A stretch of DNA of 64,000 nt, taken from positions 18,482-82,481 of the forward strand of contig JAHOYV010000023.1 of the NCBI GenBank assembly GCA_019038745.1, in the 5' to 3' direction. Shown one piece after another: positions 9,901 to 17,980 of this stretch. The notes under the pieces are model-generated. The model worked only from the letters and a program-made list of their open reading frames with translations, made no database searches and was not told the origin of the DNA. This DNA comes from Gemmatimonadales bacterium. Lineage in GTDB: Bacteria > Krumholzibacteriota > Krumholzibacteriia > LZORAL124-64-63. The position numbers and the translations under genes are program-made. The stretch's first letter is position 1. Each line of letters opens with the position of its first letter.

Positions 9901-10662
9901 GATCATGTCCCTGACCAGACGTTCCAGCTCATCCACGTGGTCAGGCACCCAAGAGCCACCCTCACCGGGCCCGTAATCGGCAATATCACTCAGCTTATAA
10001 CTATCAATAGAAGCGTCTACAGGAGGCAAGACCGTGCCCTCAATGATCAATCGACCGCCGGATTGGTACTCGTAGTACTCGGACAAGCCATCCAGATGGG
10101 CGCGAAAGTAGTCCCAATCGTGGGGCGGTGGATCGATCTCGATGGGTGAAGGATCCTCAAGGGGGTCCAACATGAAACCACCATCAGCAGGAATGGTGGT
10201 CAGGCTCGGATTACGGTTTGTTTCGAATGAGATTCGGACAATCAGGATCTTCAGGACATCCGGAGTCGAGCTGGTGGGTCGCGTAATGGGATCGCGGCTG
10301 CCGCTCTTGAGCAGGGCCGGACCCAGACCCCGTTTCTCCAGCAGCGCCTGCCCCTTGCGGGAAATAACTCTCTTGCCGAGAAGATCGTCGATCGCGTGCC
10401 AGCGACGAAAGTATTCCCCTTGTCGACGGAGTTCCCGTTCGATGCGCTGGTCACCATCGGGCAAAGAGCGCAGATCTTCCAGACCCCTGCCCCAAACCGG
10501 TATGCGCCCGTATGGCTTTGTGGGGGCCTGATCGGCTGCCAAGCAGACATCGGCCACCAAGGTACCTGTTATCCAGGCAAGGAACAGAACGACCACAAGT
10601 CCTGCTTTGACTTCAAACCGGAACTTGGGGAAGAAGAAACAGGACCCCATGTACAAAACCAT
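6994..10662 (-). CDS. M6-family (immune inhibitor A-like) zinc metalloprotease with FG-GAP/VCBS-like repeats and a T9SS-type C-terminal sorting domain
   Basis: HEXXH in the context GSIAAGLYHEFGHSLGLVDIYNT...GIWDLMDSG, typical of M6 InhA. FG-GAP-like DVDGDGRHDLLLAT and ADGTGDGANEVFF. C-terminus VYFYPNPLRDDTVTIRFYG...LVSGLYFGRLVY...KILTLAIER matches the Por_Secre_tail / FlgD-Ig-like pattern. The start is uncertain (ATG 10662 or 10650; the track start 10674 is TTG). Confidence 0.85.
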   Translation of the reverse strand: MVLYMGSCFFFPKFRFEVKAGLVVVLFLAWITGTLVADVCLAADQAPTKPYGRIPVWGRGLEDLRSLPDGDQRIERELRRQGEYFRRWHAIDDLLGKRVISRKGQALLEKRGLGPALLKSGSRDPITRPTSSTPDVLKILIVRISFETNRNPSLTTIPADGGFMLDPLEDPSPIEIDPPPHDWDYFRAHLDGLSEYYEYQSGGRLIIEGTVLPPVDASIDSYKLSDIADYGPGEGGSWVPDHVDELERLVRDMIAVTDSTTFANGTVNLAEYDDDNDFARIIFVHSGSDWQSDINGDSPNDIPTFFMTLGEAMTLLGQDTETGAAIGSLSEVSVIPETTTQDGYPGSIAAGLYHEFGHSLGLVDIYNTYMGTPNAGIWDLMDSGTNLPVTMGKISDGDTTIVTAVGVLPPSLGAWDKWFLGWAEMEEVDGRTDSYELPAVWVPVSQYDDYGFDTSYPQVLKAGVSSREFFLLENRWVPELHDVPYLALEFVRDEDTGVILYLGGELPGDEWTNSGIYDYFLPPGGVLVWHVNMDRIEAGLHDNTINVDGDGLRLVEADGIQDIGILDAYVLGWYGSANDPFSEYNGFQNLYVDGFPSSRCVDRSWSGVSLSNIREDGNVGARIMRFEAEIQGGVPGFPWEMGAVEEVEAELTDGLVGPRGINPASLISVPRGDQTFLVFTDSPPEALPDGPQPDYENFLSALYALQADGTAPWPQLADRPVGAFLQLDAPLSGPPVLFQDNQQIGHLVLGTKAGTVQSLILPPAGSSDPPVPDWSLEGEFDTLLYGPVPLRTAAGVDRWLCVPDAGTVAMLEQNDVTADTWELDISGLDIDPQFTDGNTVVAAPQVLVLPSADDLPDQGSSAVVVTEAGWVLVQQAVSGFAANPGLNSFVRFPLEQPVYTAVVPLPHSVQLHIFDARGDVGAWGIDAYGQVTELPDHLDIESALIAEPAVADVDGDGRHDLLLATADYILAVSPTGTGATGFPIVLNELFPLDETVQIFGPLIVADGTGDGANEVFFNTTGGHLFGIVPGGKLLDYTPYRWGDFGRPGMAVGSGPAGEDEGRVLWLASPGGYTGPPLDRHYINGRIMSFDLGAPTDASNRTSEWLGAGGGPEHAGPVGTAQVITIADLASASETGVYFYPNPLRDDTVTIRFYGPKEGNARFFLHNLEGEEILQDEFRVDGGVVNEQEMDLAGLVSGLYFGRLVYPAGSGFETKILTLAIER

Positions 10663-10737
10663 ACTCCTTAGCAACCAAGCACATGCAATAGATTACCACC
10701 ACCAAGGGTGTTGGCGTTCATGATTAAATCGACCCGT

Positions 10738-11778
10738 TTAAAACCGGTAACCGGCAGTGATGCGGGTTACGTGAGGCAACCCTTCAGCTTGTGGGACCCA
10801 GGCAAAATCGAAAATGAAAGCCCTGCCGATCCATTCATTGAGATCCAGACCCATTCCATAGGTCAAATCATGAATATCGCCACCGGATACATTTTTCCAG
10901 CCCAGCCGCAGGAACAGGGAATAGTTGTAATCGAACTCAAAGCCCACTCCCCATTCATTCTGATCATAGTCCAACCCAAAAACGTAACCATCAACGTCAT
11001 CTTCTTTGACATACTTGTAAAGTGGAACCAGCAGGTCGGCAACCATCAGGACCCCACCGTATTCGCTTCTTCGACCGGACGCGATACCCAAGGTCGCTTT
11101 CCGAGGCATAGGATCGCTCTGCGCCGCGTCAACGTGGGTGATATCCGGGCCAAGATTGGCAATCGAAAGTCCCACTCTGGACTTCAGTTGGGGGATCAAC
11201 AGTTGTGCGCCGAAATCCACACCGAAGCTGGACCCGCTGCCGCCGCCGCCAGCGCTGTCCTGCATAACGGCGTCCGGGGCCAAGCTGTCCCGAAAATATT
11301 TGATACCCACCCCCACGCCCAGGGTGGGCATGATCTTGACGCCATAGCCGGCACTGACAGAAAACATGTAGGAGTGGAAGTCATCCCCCTCGTTGTTGTC
11401 CTCGTCTACGGCCTTCTGCCAACCCATGTCCAGATAGTTAATACTGGTAGCAATGGCACCGATGTTACCCAGAGGCCGGCCATAACCGAGCCAGGTCAGA
11501 CGGATGTCGTTGGCCAGACCTGCCGCCAAGCTTGAGGTCATCATCTGGAGATCCCCACCAGGGTACCTTCTTGCCAGGAAGCCCAGGCCACCGGTGTTCC
11601 ACCAAAGTGCAGTGGCGTCCTGGGACAGGGCCGTCCCCGCTTCTCCCAGGGCGTTGTAGCGGGCCCCGATTGGCAGACTAAGGCTAATGGCCCCTGCTCC
11701 TGCACTGGCCAGTGCCGAACCTGCCAAACCCGATACCATCAGGGCTCCCAGAACGGCAATTACAAATTTCCTGCTCAT
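10738..11778 (-). CDS. porV: PorV/PorQ-family outer-membrane beta-barrel (T9SS shuttle-like)
   Basis: Trimmed to ATG 11778 (GGAGG 9 nt upstream). Signal peptide. N-terminal signature LPIGARYNALGEAGTALSQDATALWWNTGGLGFL (compare GxGARAxAMGGAFxAVADDASAxYWNPAGL in PorV-family proteins). LSIANLGPDI...MPRKATLGIA block. Ends TAGYRF. Immediately downstream of the C25 peptidase gene, as porU-porV are in Bacteroidetes. Confidence 0.75.
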   Translation of the reverse strand: MSRKFVIAVLGALMVSGLAGSALASAGAGAISLSLPIGARYNALGEAGTALSQDATALWWNTGGLGFLARRYPGGDLQMMTSSLAAGLANDIRLTWLGYGRPLGNIGAIATSINYLDMGWQKAVDEDNNEGDDFHSYMFSVSAGYGVKIMPTLGVGVGIKYFRDSLAPDAVMQDSAGGGGSGSSFGVDFGAQLLIPQLKSRVGLSIANLGPDITHVDAAQSDPMPRKATLGIASGRRSEYGGVLMVADLLVPLYKYVKEDDVDGYVFGLDYDQNEWGVGFEFDYNYSLFLRLGWKNVSGGDIHDLTYGMGLDLNEWIGRAFIFDFAWVPQAEGLPHVTRITAGYRF

Positions 11779-11833
11779 ACCAATCAACCTCCGTTAAAAA
11801 CACGGTCCGGGCCCGCTAGCGACCCATTGTAAA

Positions 11834-14800
11834 TCATCTCATGATGACGAGCTTGCCCGTCCGCGTAATCTGACGCTCTCCAGCAGCATCCGTTCTGCCT
11901 CGCAACACGTAAAGATACGTGCCATTGGCAATTTCGTCAGCCTGCTGGTCCCGGCCGTCCCACTTCAGGGAGACTGGACCAACCGTATCGAAGTTCCCGG
12001 TGATCGATCGCAGGCGCTTTCCGGCCAAGGTGTAAATATCCCACTGAAGTTCCATCGGCTCACCCAGTTCCAACACCAATCGGCAGGGACCGCGGGTAGG
12101 ATTAGGAAAAAGGGCCACCGACACCATACCACCCAAAAGTGGGTCGCCGATCTCAAAGGAAAGCGTATCACTACCCACATTCCCCATCGAATCGCTGGCA
12201 TGCAAGGCTACCTGGTGCTCTCCGCGGGACAGATCCGCCGGCAGCACAAGATCGATACGCCCACTCGTATAACTGTCGGGATCGTAAAGAAAAGATTCCG
12301 TAATGTCCGCCATGAAACCGGTATCGTCAAATTCCAAAAGAATGCTGTTGGCCGGACTGGTTCCCAGCATTGCTATTCCGCTGGAATCGGAAAGATTGGC
12401 AGTCAAGGTTGCTCCTGGACGAACTTTTCGCAGTCCATTTGCAAAGGCCAATTGGATGACGGGTCCCTCAATGTCATCAATAACCTCCACTTCCGAGCGC
12501 ACGGCAGGAACCTTGACTTCCGCCACGTGATCTCCATCGGAGGTGGATACAATCAGCCGAACTCGCCCGTCCTGGCCGTATCGGATCTGGACGGGGACCA
12601 TGAAAGGCACAGCCAATGCCTGATCGCCGACTGACCCCGAGCCCTGGAAAATCGGCCCCCCGCTCATGAGGAAGCTGTACTCCAGACCCCAGTAATCGAC
12701 AAAATATTCTGAATGGGCTGACTCTTCGACCAGCAGATCGTATGGATCCCCGGTGGCCAACAAGGTCCCACTGTCGGAACTGTCCAGAATCACCGAATGA
12801 AGGAGGCCTGCCTGCAACTTGTCCAGGCTGTCGGCAGAAAAAACCAAGTCGTCAACCGGATGTGGAAGAATTCCAGCAGGGTCACCCATCAGATTGTAGC
12901 GCTGTGAATTCTTGCGGTCGCCTAGAAAGCCCATCTCGGCTTTTCCGAGCTGAAGGACGCGGCCCAGGCCGGCATCCGATTTCACGTGCCGATCAGGAAA
13001 CAGGTTTCTGTAAAAAGCTTCTCCCAGCTTTTCGTTGCTTCCTATATAACTGGCCTGGCTGGCGCAAATAGCTGCTATCGCACCGCCATTCGGTCCGATC
13101 AGGAATTCCTCGGCCATGGAGCGCCTTACGGTGCTGTCGAAAACGCCCACATCGCAACTGAAAGCAATAAAAGCAGCCCGCTTCATCCCGTTGGTGAGAT
13201 TACCGATGTCCACCGATTCGAAAATACGCTCGTCCGCCAAGCTACCCGATGATCCATGGCCGGTGTAGTTGTAAAGGGTTGTACCCTGGTTGAGGGTATG
13301 GTTGATATCCGCACGGACTTCAGGCTTGTTAATGGCCCCGGGAAGGAAATCGTAGGCCAGAGAGTAGATCTTTTTTACGTCCAGGCTGGCCGGAATCAGG
13401 TTGTTGACCAAATAATCAGATTGGGTAGTATGACTTTCTTCGGAACGATTAGGATCCACATCACGATACCGTAAATCATCGGCGACCATCATGACGGAAT
13501 TTCGCCAGGAGCCCGTTTCAGTTTCCGCCGCGTAATTAATGGCCTGCTCGACCATATTTTCGGCCTCGCTCAAATTCACAGCCGGTAAACGCCCACAAGC
13601 CAAGGTTGGAACTCCCAGATCCCCATCCGGAACGGATTCGAAGGAGACTAGGCCATCGTCCGTCGCATAGGGGGAATCAAGGTGGAATATTTCAGGGTTT
13701 CCAGGAAAATTCGTTCGTACTTCGGTAGGCACGAAATCCACATAGTTATCAACCAATGGGGTTCGGTTTTTGTAGTTCCTGTAGTCTCGGCAGGCATTAC
13801 CCAGGAGACAAACATACCGCAAGCGGTATCCCCCGGCTTCGTACACGTAATGCAGGTAATTCCTAATGGCCCGCCAATCCTTCTGGCCACCAGAAAAATT
13901 GTCGAAGATATCCTGGACGTGGACCGCGGCCGCCGCCGGTGAATCGGTATCAGGCAAGGAGGTGGAACGGAATTCGGCCAGCGTTCGTGCAGGTTGGATA
14001 AACTCCTGAGGATGGATCACGATATAGTCCAGATCGACCGAGGTCTGCCGCAAAGGCTCGGGATCAGCCAAAAGCAGACGGTCCACTTTCAGTAAATTAT
14101 TCTCGGTCAAGGCTACGAGATGCCGGTCGGTGCCGGGATCCCTGGTCAAACCGAAGGCGTAGGCCCCGGAATCATGGCTGGAAATCTCGCCCAGAAAAGA
14201 TTGGGGTGAATCGGGTACGGTAACATCCCAAAGTTGTACGACCTGCCCGGCAGGAGCAGTAACTTCCAAATCCATCAAGGTGCCCGGATCAGGAACCTGA
14301 TCCTTCCAATGGGCAAATTCCAATTGCCCTGGCCAGACTGTCAAATCCAGTCGAGCCCAATATTGGATATCGAAACTGTCCAGGGAAAGAGGCCGGTGGC
14401 CATCCCATGTGGAAGTGTTCTGCAAGGTCAACGAATTGACCCAACCGGCCAAAGGAGTAAACGGACCCCCCAGACGAACTCGGATGCTGTCCTGCTGGGC
14501 ATTTGCTGAAAAAGAAGTGGAAACAGTTGTAGCTTGATCACCGTTGGCCCAAGCGGCAGCGTCTATAGTGGATGTGGAAAAGTATTTCTCGTTGGGCTGG
14601 CCGCGGAAATCCATCACGAAGCGGCCGGGAAATTCAGCAACGACCGCCGGCAACTCGAAGTTCTTGGTCAAGCTACTGGAAACGGAATTGCTCCAGGTCC
14701 AGTTATCCCAGACTCTTCCCATCTCGGGGAAGACCTGTTCCTCGAAATGCAACCGCATTCGAGCGATACCCACTCGATCGGTTCCGGAGGCAGGCCTGGG

Positions 14801-16300
14801 GACATCCACGACTCGACGCGGATCCCCGGGCAAGGGGGACGGAAGGGTTGGCTCCCAAGTCAGCCAATACACAGCATCGGCTGCGAATGGGTGATCGAAG
14901 TGTTCGAGCGGCAAGGCGGCCGGATCCAGCCGGTCCAACCATACGCTGGAGCCGAAACCATAGAAACGAATCTCGTCAATCAGGTTCCACTCCCCATCCC
15001 CGGCTCCGGAAACCCTGATAGCCACCTCGTTCAGACCCACCCGATCAGCTTGCATGGCATCGGTAACCGAAGGGTCCGCCATCAACTGAAGGCCACCTCC
15101 CCGGAAAAGTCGCAGGGAGCCGGGATGCAGGGAAGAAATAGGGATACCGGCCTGCAACATATCCTGGCCCGAAATTGAGAACACTCCCGAAGTGGTCACG
15201 TTCAATTTTGCCCAATGATCCGAAAGACCGAAAAGTTCCGGGACAGCCGCCTTCTGAAAGCCATCCGTAGCAACGCGTGCCAGGGCCTCTCGTCGGGCGC
15301 CGGTTGATAATCTGGTGAACATCCCGGGGTTGAACACACCAGCCGGGATTCGTTCCGTCCAGGGGGCTGCATCCGATTCAGTCCCATCAGGATCGATCGC
15401 AGACAAAGTAAATGCCATTGAACCGGCAACAGGGTGAATCACTTCCAACACCAGGGAACGGAGAATCCCTCCGCCAACGGTCAGTGGGATTTGAGTTCCG
15501 CTCAATGGTACTGATCGAAACACAGCCGGCGGACCAAAATCAGCCAAATCGGGATCGCCAACCGGTTGTTCGGGCTCACGCCACCAATTTTTATCAATGA
15601 CCCTGGTCAGAACGGGACTTCGTGTTGGAACTGCCATGGTTACGGTCAGAACAGGAGACAAACGCCGAGGATTTTCAAGACGGTGATCTTCAAAAATATA
15701 GGGCAAGGCATAATGAACCCGCATGGGGTCCACAACCGACCAATCCCCTGCAAAATCTTCTGCGGGAAAATCGATTCGCAGGACAGTGCGGCTATCGGTC
15801 TCAGAAAGGATTTCCACAACCGGATGGCTCATGATCGGGAAATCAGCGGACCCGGAGACTATCTGACCGGGTTGGCCGCCGGCCGTCGAATCACTGGGAG
15901 AAACCAGCCCCAACAAACCGAAACAGGCGATAAAAATGGCAACCTGCCAAACCAGGGACCGAGGCGCCAGAGCCCGGCCGTGTGGGATCAACCCGGTATG
16001 GGAAGGAAATATGAATTGGTCCCGTCGCATCTTTCCCAGCTTATGAAATAAATTCTCCAGGTCGGGCACCATCCCGAAAATACCGCCCAGGACCGCGGGT
16101 AAACTGACGAACGGCATCAGCAACAACGCCACGAGGCTCAACAGGCCTCCGGCAAATTCCAATCTCCAGTCGGGATGATCGTAGTGGGGGATCGCGTCAA
16201 GTAGGGCATGGGAAGCCACCCCTGCCACCATCCCTGCCCAAACATTGCCGGTCGCCCCACCTGCAAGGGCGCCCGCCGCGAAATGGGTGAAGAGACACAT
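11834..16300 (-). CDS. porU: C25-family cysteine peptidase, PorU-like T9SS sortase, with an N-terminal polytopic His/Asp-rich membrane segment and a C-terminal T9SS-type domain
   Basis: Gingipain-type catalytic context YNYTGHGSSGSL (His) and AFIAFSCDVGVFD (Cys). DYIVIHPQEF start of the C25 domain. C-terminus VALFPNPTRGPCRLVLEL...LKWDGRDQQADEIANGTYLYVLRG...GKLVIMR is Por_Secre_tail-like. ATG 16300 has AGGAG 9 nt upstream. The first ~130 aa (THFAAG...SHALLDAIPHYDHPDW...MVPDLENLF...FPSHTG) look like a YdjM/DUF457-type membrane hydrolase fold. Confidence 0.75.
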   Translation of the reverse strand: MCLFTHFAAGALAGGATGNVWAGMVAGVASHALLDAIPHYDHPDWRLEFAGGLLSLVALLLMPFVSLPAVLGGIFGMVPDLENLFHKLGKMRRDQFIFPSHTGLIPHGRALAPRSLVWQVAIFIACFGLLGLVSPSDSTAGGQPGQIVSGSADFPIMSHPVVEILSETDSRTVLRIDFPAEDFAGDWSVVDPMRVHYALPYIFEDHRLENPRRLSPVLTVTMAVPTRSPVLTRVIDKNWWREPEQPVGDPDLADFGPPAVFRSVPLSGTQIPLTVGGGILRSLVLEVIHPVAGSMAFTLSAIDPDGTESDAAPWTERIPAGVFNPGMFTRLSTGARREALARVATDGFQKAAVPELFGLSDHWAKLNVTTSGVFSISGQDMLQAGIPISSLHPGSLRLFRGGGLQLMADPSVTDAMQADRVGLNEVAIRVSGAGDGEWNLIDEIRFYGFGSSVWLDRLDPAALPLEHFDHPFAADAVYWLTWEPTLPSPLPGDPRRVVDVPRPASGTDRVGIARMRLHFEEQVFPEMGRVWDNWTWSNSVSSSLTKNFELPAVVAEFPGRFVMDFRGQPNEKYFSTSTIDAAAWANGDQATTVSTSFSANAQQDSIRVRLGGPFTPLAGWVNSLTLQNTSTWDGHRPLSLDSFDIQYWARLDLTVWPGQLEFAHWKDQVPDPGTLMDLEVTAPAGQVVQLWDVTVPDSPQSFLGEISSHDSGAYAFGLTRDPGTDRHLVALTENNLLKVDRLLLADPEPLRQTSVDLDYIVIHPQEFIQPARTLAEFRSTSLPDTDSPAAAAVHVQDIFDNFSGGQKDWRAIRNYLHYVYEAGGYRLRYVCLLGNACRDYRNYKNRTPLVDNYVDFVPTEVRTNFPGNPEIFHLDSPYATDDGLVSFESVPDGDLGVPTLACGRLPAVNLSEAENMVEQAINYAAETETGSWRNSVMMVADDLRYRDVDPNRSEESHTTQSDYLVNNLIPASLDVKKIYSLAYDFLPGAINKPEVRADINHTLNQGTTLYNYTGHGSSGSLADERIFESVDIGNLTNGMKRAAFIAFSCDVGVFDSTVRRSMAEEFLIGPNGGAIAAICASQASYIGSNEKLGEAFYRNLFPDRHVKSDAGLGRVLQLGKAEMGFLGDRKNSQRYNLMGDPAGILPHPVDDLVFSADSLDKLQAGLLHSVILDSSDSGTLLATGDPYDLLVEESAHSEYFVDYWGLEYSFLMSGGPIFQGSGSVGDQALAVPFMVPVQIRYGQDGRVRLIVSTSDGDHVAEVKVPAVRSEVEVIDDIEGPVIQLAFANGLRKVRPGATLTANLSDSSGIAMLGTSPANSILLEFDDTGFMADITESFLYDPDSYTSGRIDLVLPADLSRGEHQVALHASDSMGNVGSDTLSFEIGDPLLGGMVSVALFPNPTRGPCRLVLELGEPMELQWDIYTLAGKRLRSITGNFDTVGPVSLKWDGRDQQADEIANGTYLYVLRGRTDAAGERQITRTGKLVIMR

Positions 16301-16306
16301 CGATTG

Positions 16307-16495
16307 CTACTCCTGGCCTAATCGATTCTCGGGAATCTCTTCAGCTTCTTCCGGCAACATGATTGGTATATCACCCTCGACCCTGTAACGGACCGAGCAT
16401 TTGGCACAAATAAGCCAGTCGTGGCCCTGATCAGGAACCACCGGCTGGCGACAAACGGGGCAGGCCAGGATTTCGAGTAACTTGGGATCCAACAT
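16307..16495 (-). CDS. Trm112/YcaR (UPF0434) family zinc-ribbon protein
   Basis: 62 aa: MLDPKLLEILACPVCRQPV...WLICAKCSVRYRVEGDIPIMLPEEA, the classic CPxC...C Trm112 pattern. GGAGG 6 nt upstream of ATG 16495. Confidence 0.85.
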   Translation of the reverse strand: MLDPKLLEILACPVCRQPVVPDQGHDWLICAKCSVRYRVEGDIPIMLPEEAEEIPENRLGQE

Positions 16496-16663
16496 GAACC
16501 GCCTCCAGATTATTGCCAGTCAGGGTAAAGTATCGCAAACTCGGCAATTGGACAAATGGTCGGACAAAAAAATTGTCAGACCATATAGCAGTCCAACTTG
16601 CAAACCGACCAAAGATCAACAAGGACCCGGGCGACCATTGGAGAGGGATAAAAACCAGATCCT

Positions 16664-16702
16664 GGAAGAATTCGGAAAGAATTCTGGAATTTCTGGATTT
16701 TC
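16664..16702 (-). repeat. Four tandem degenerate 9-11 nt repeats in the predicted 5' leader of the trm112-porU operon
   Basis: Plus strand reads GGAAGAATTC GGAAAGAATTC TGGAATTTC TGGATTTTC. It contains two (A/C)GAATTCT palindromic cores 11 nt apart. It lies about +22 to +60 from the predicted transcription start. Confidence 0.4.
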
Positions 16703-16730
16703 GTGAACTCTAGAAGAAGTTGGCATGAGG

Positions 16731-16759
16731 ATCATACAACATTTCCCGCCTCACGTCAA
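16731..16759 (-). promoter_or_regulatory. sigma70-type promoter for the trm112/porU/porV operon
   Basis: Minus strand TTGACG (16759..16754), 17-nt spacer, TATGAT (16736..16731). It sits in the 363-nt gap between accA and the Trm112-like gene and gives a leader of about 230 nt. Confidence 0.45.
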
Positions 16760-16858
16760 CCCCGTGAAGGAGAGCCCTCTCCGACCTGCCCTCACTGCAA
16801 AACCAAGATTCCCCCCAAAAAACAACCATTATTCCCACCTGCCAGCCGGGAAATCAGG

Positions 16859-17836
16859 CTACCCCTCTTCCGCATATTTCCCTATATCCAGGAACTTCTG
16901 TAATCTCTGATCCAGCAGATCGCTGGGCGAAATGGCCGCCAATTCCGCCAGGGTGTCCTGGAGTTTGGCCTTGATATCCAGCGCCAAAGCCTTGTGGTCC
17001 CGATGAGCTCCACCGGTGGGTTCTTTGATCACCCCGTCGATAGCTCCCAGCCGCACGGCATCGCTACTGGTCAGCTTCATGGCCTTGGCAGCTTCCTTGC
17101 TCTTGGCCGGGTCCCGCCAGAGGATGGAGGCGCAACCCTCGGGACTGATCACGCTGTAGATGGAATTCTCCAGCATAAAGACCCGATCCCCCACACCCAG
17201 GGCCAAAGCCCCACCACTGCCGCCTTCTCCGGTAACTACGACCACAATGGGAACCGGCAAGTCAGCCATTTCCCTCAAATTGCGGGCTATGGCCTCGGCT
17301 TGCCCGCGCTCCTCGGCTCCCAGCCCCGGGTAGGCGCCGGGTGTGTCGATGAAAGTGATAACCGGTCGCTCGAAACGAGCAGCCATCTCCATCAGGCGCA
17401 GAGCTTTACGGTAGCCCTCTGGATGGGCCATTCCGAAATTACGTTTAATGTTGCTCTTGGTGTCACGACCCTTTTGGTGGCCGATGAGCATTACCTGGCG
17501 ATCCCCCAGAGTAGCCATACCCCCGACAATGGCCGGATCATCCCGGAACATGCGATCCCCATGAAGCTCCTGGAAATCAGTAAAGATGAGCCCGATGAGA
17601 TCCACGGTCGTCGGTCGGCGAGGATGTCTTGCCAACTGCACCCTCTGCCAGGGCTCAAGCTTGGCGAAGATCTCCTGGCCCAATTTACCGGCTTTGACGC
17701 GCAGTTTCTGGACTTCGTCAGTCACGTCCATGCCGCGAACCGCAGCCGAATCCTGCAAGGTTTGGATCCGCTCCTCCAGCTCGACCAGGGGCAGCTCGAA
17801 ATCCAACCACAGGGCTTTTTTCTTCCAGTCCATCAT
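16859..17836 (-). CDS. accA: Acetyl-CoA carboxylase carboxyltransferase alpha subunit
   Basis: [15 protein letters not shown]..., [79 protein letters not shown]. Trimmed to ATG 17836 (GAGG 4 nt upstream). Confidence 0.95.
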   Translation of the reverse strand: MMDWKKKALWLDFELPLVELEERIQTLQDSAAVRGMDVTDEVQKLRVKAGKLGQEIFAKLEPWQRVQLARHPRRPTTVDLIGLIFTDFQELHGDRMFRDDPAIVGGMATLGDRQVMLIGHQKGRDTKSNIKRNFGMAHPEGYRKALRLMEMAARFERPVITFIDTPGAYPGLGAEERGQAEAIARNLREMADLPVPIVVVVTGEGGSGGALALGVGDRVFMLENSIYSVISPEGCASILWRDPAKSKEAAKAMKLTSSDAVRLGAIDGVIKEPTGGAHRDHKALALDIKAKLQDTLAELAAISPSDLLDQRLQKFLDIGKYAEEG

Positions 17837-17980
17837 ATTGCCTCGGCTCGGCATCCAAATGACGCCGGCGGGAAATCACTTCCCGGTATGGGAAACGAAT
17901 TAACACGGATTAAGAATAGGGATTTAGTCAGCTCAACGGCCTGGTGTCAAGCTCAACCCTAAGGTCCGGGACCCGAGAGA

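Noticed and set aside
16555-16583. Hairpin ATGGTCTGAC-AATTTTTTT-GTCCGACCAT, considered as a terminator between accA and the trm112 gene
   Set aside because: The T-run lies in the loop, not 3' of the stem, and the structure is downstream of the predicted promoter. It is noted only as part of the leader.
16616-16726. 36-codon minus-strand ORF (MPTSSRVHENPEIPEFFPNSSRIWFLSLSNGRPGPC) in the trm112-porU leader
   Set aside because: It has no SD. Its ATG coincides with the predicted transcription start, so it would need leaderless translation. There is no supporting feature, so I treat it as chance.
17921-17950. Possible internal promoter TTGACA-N18-TAAATC upstream of accA
   Set aside because: The -10 element matches only 3 of 6 positions and the spacer is long. 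This is not enough to list it as a feature.
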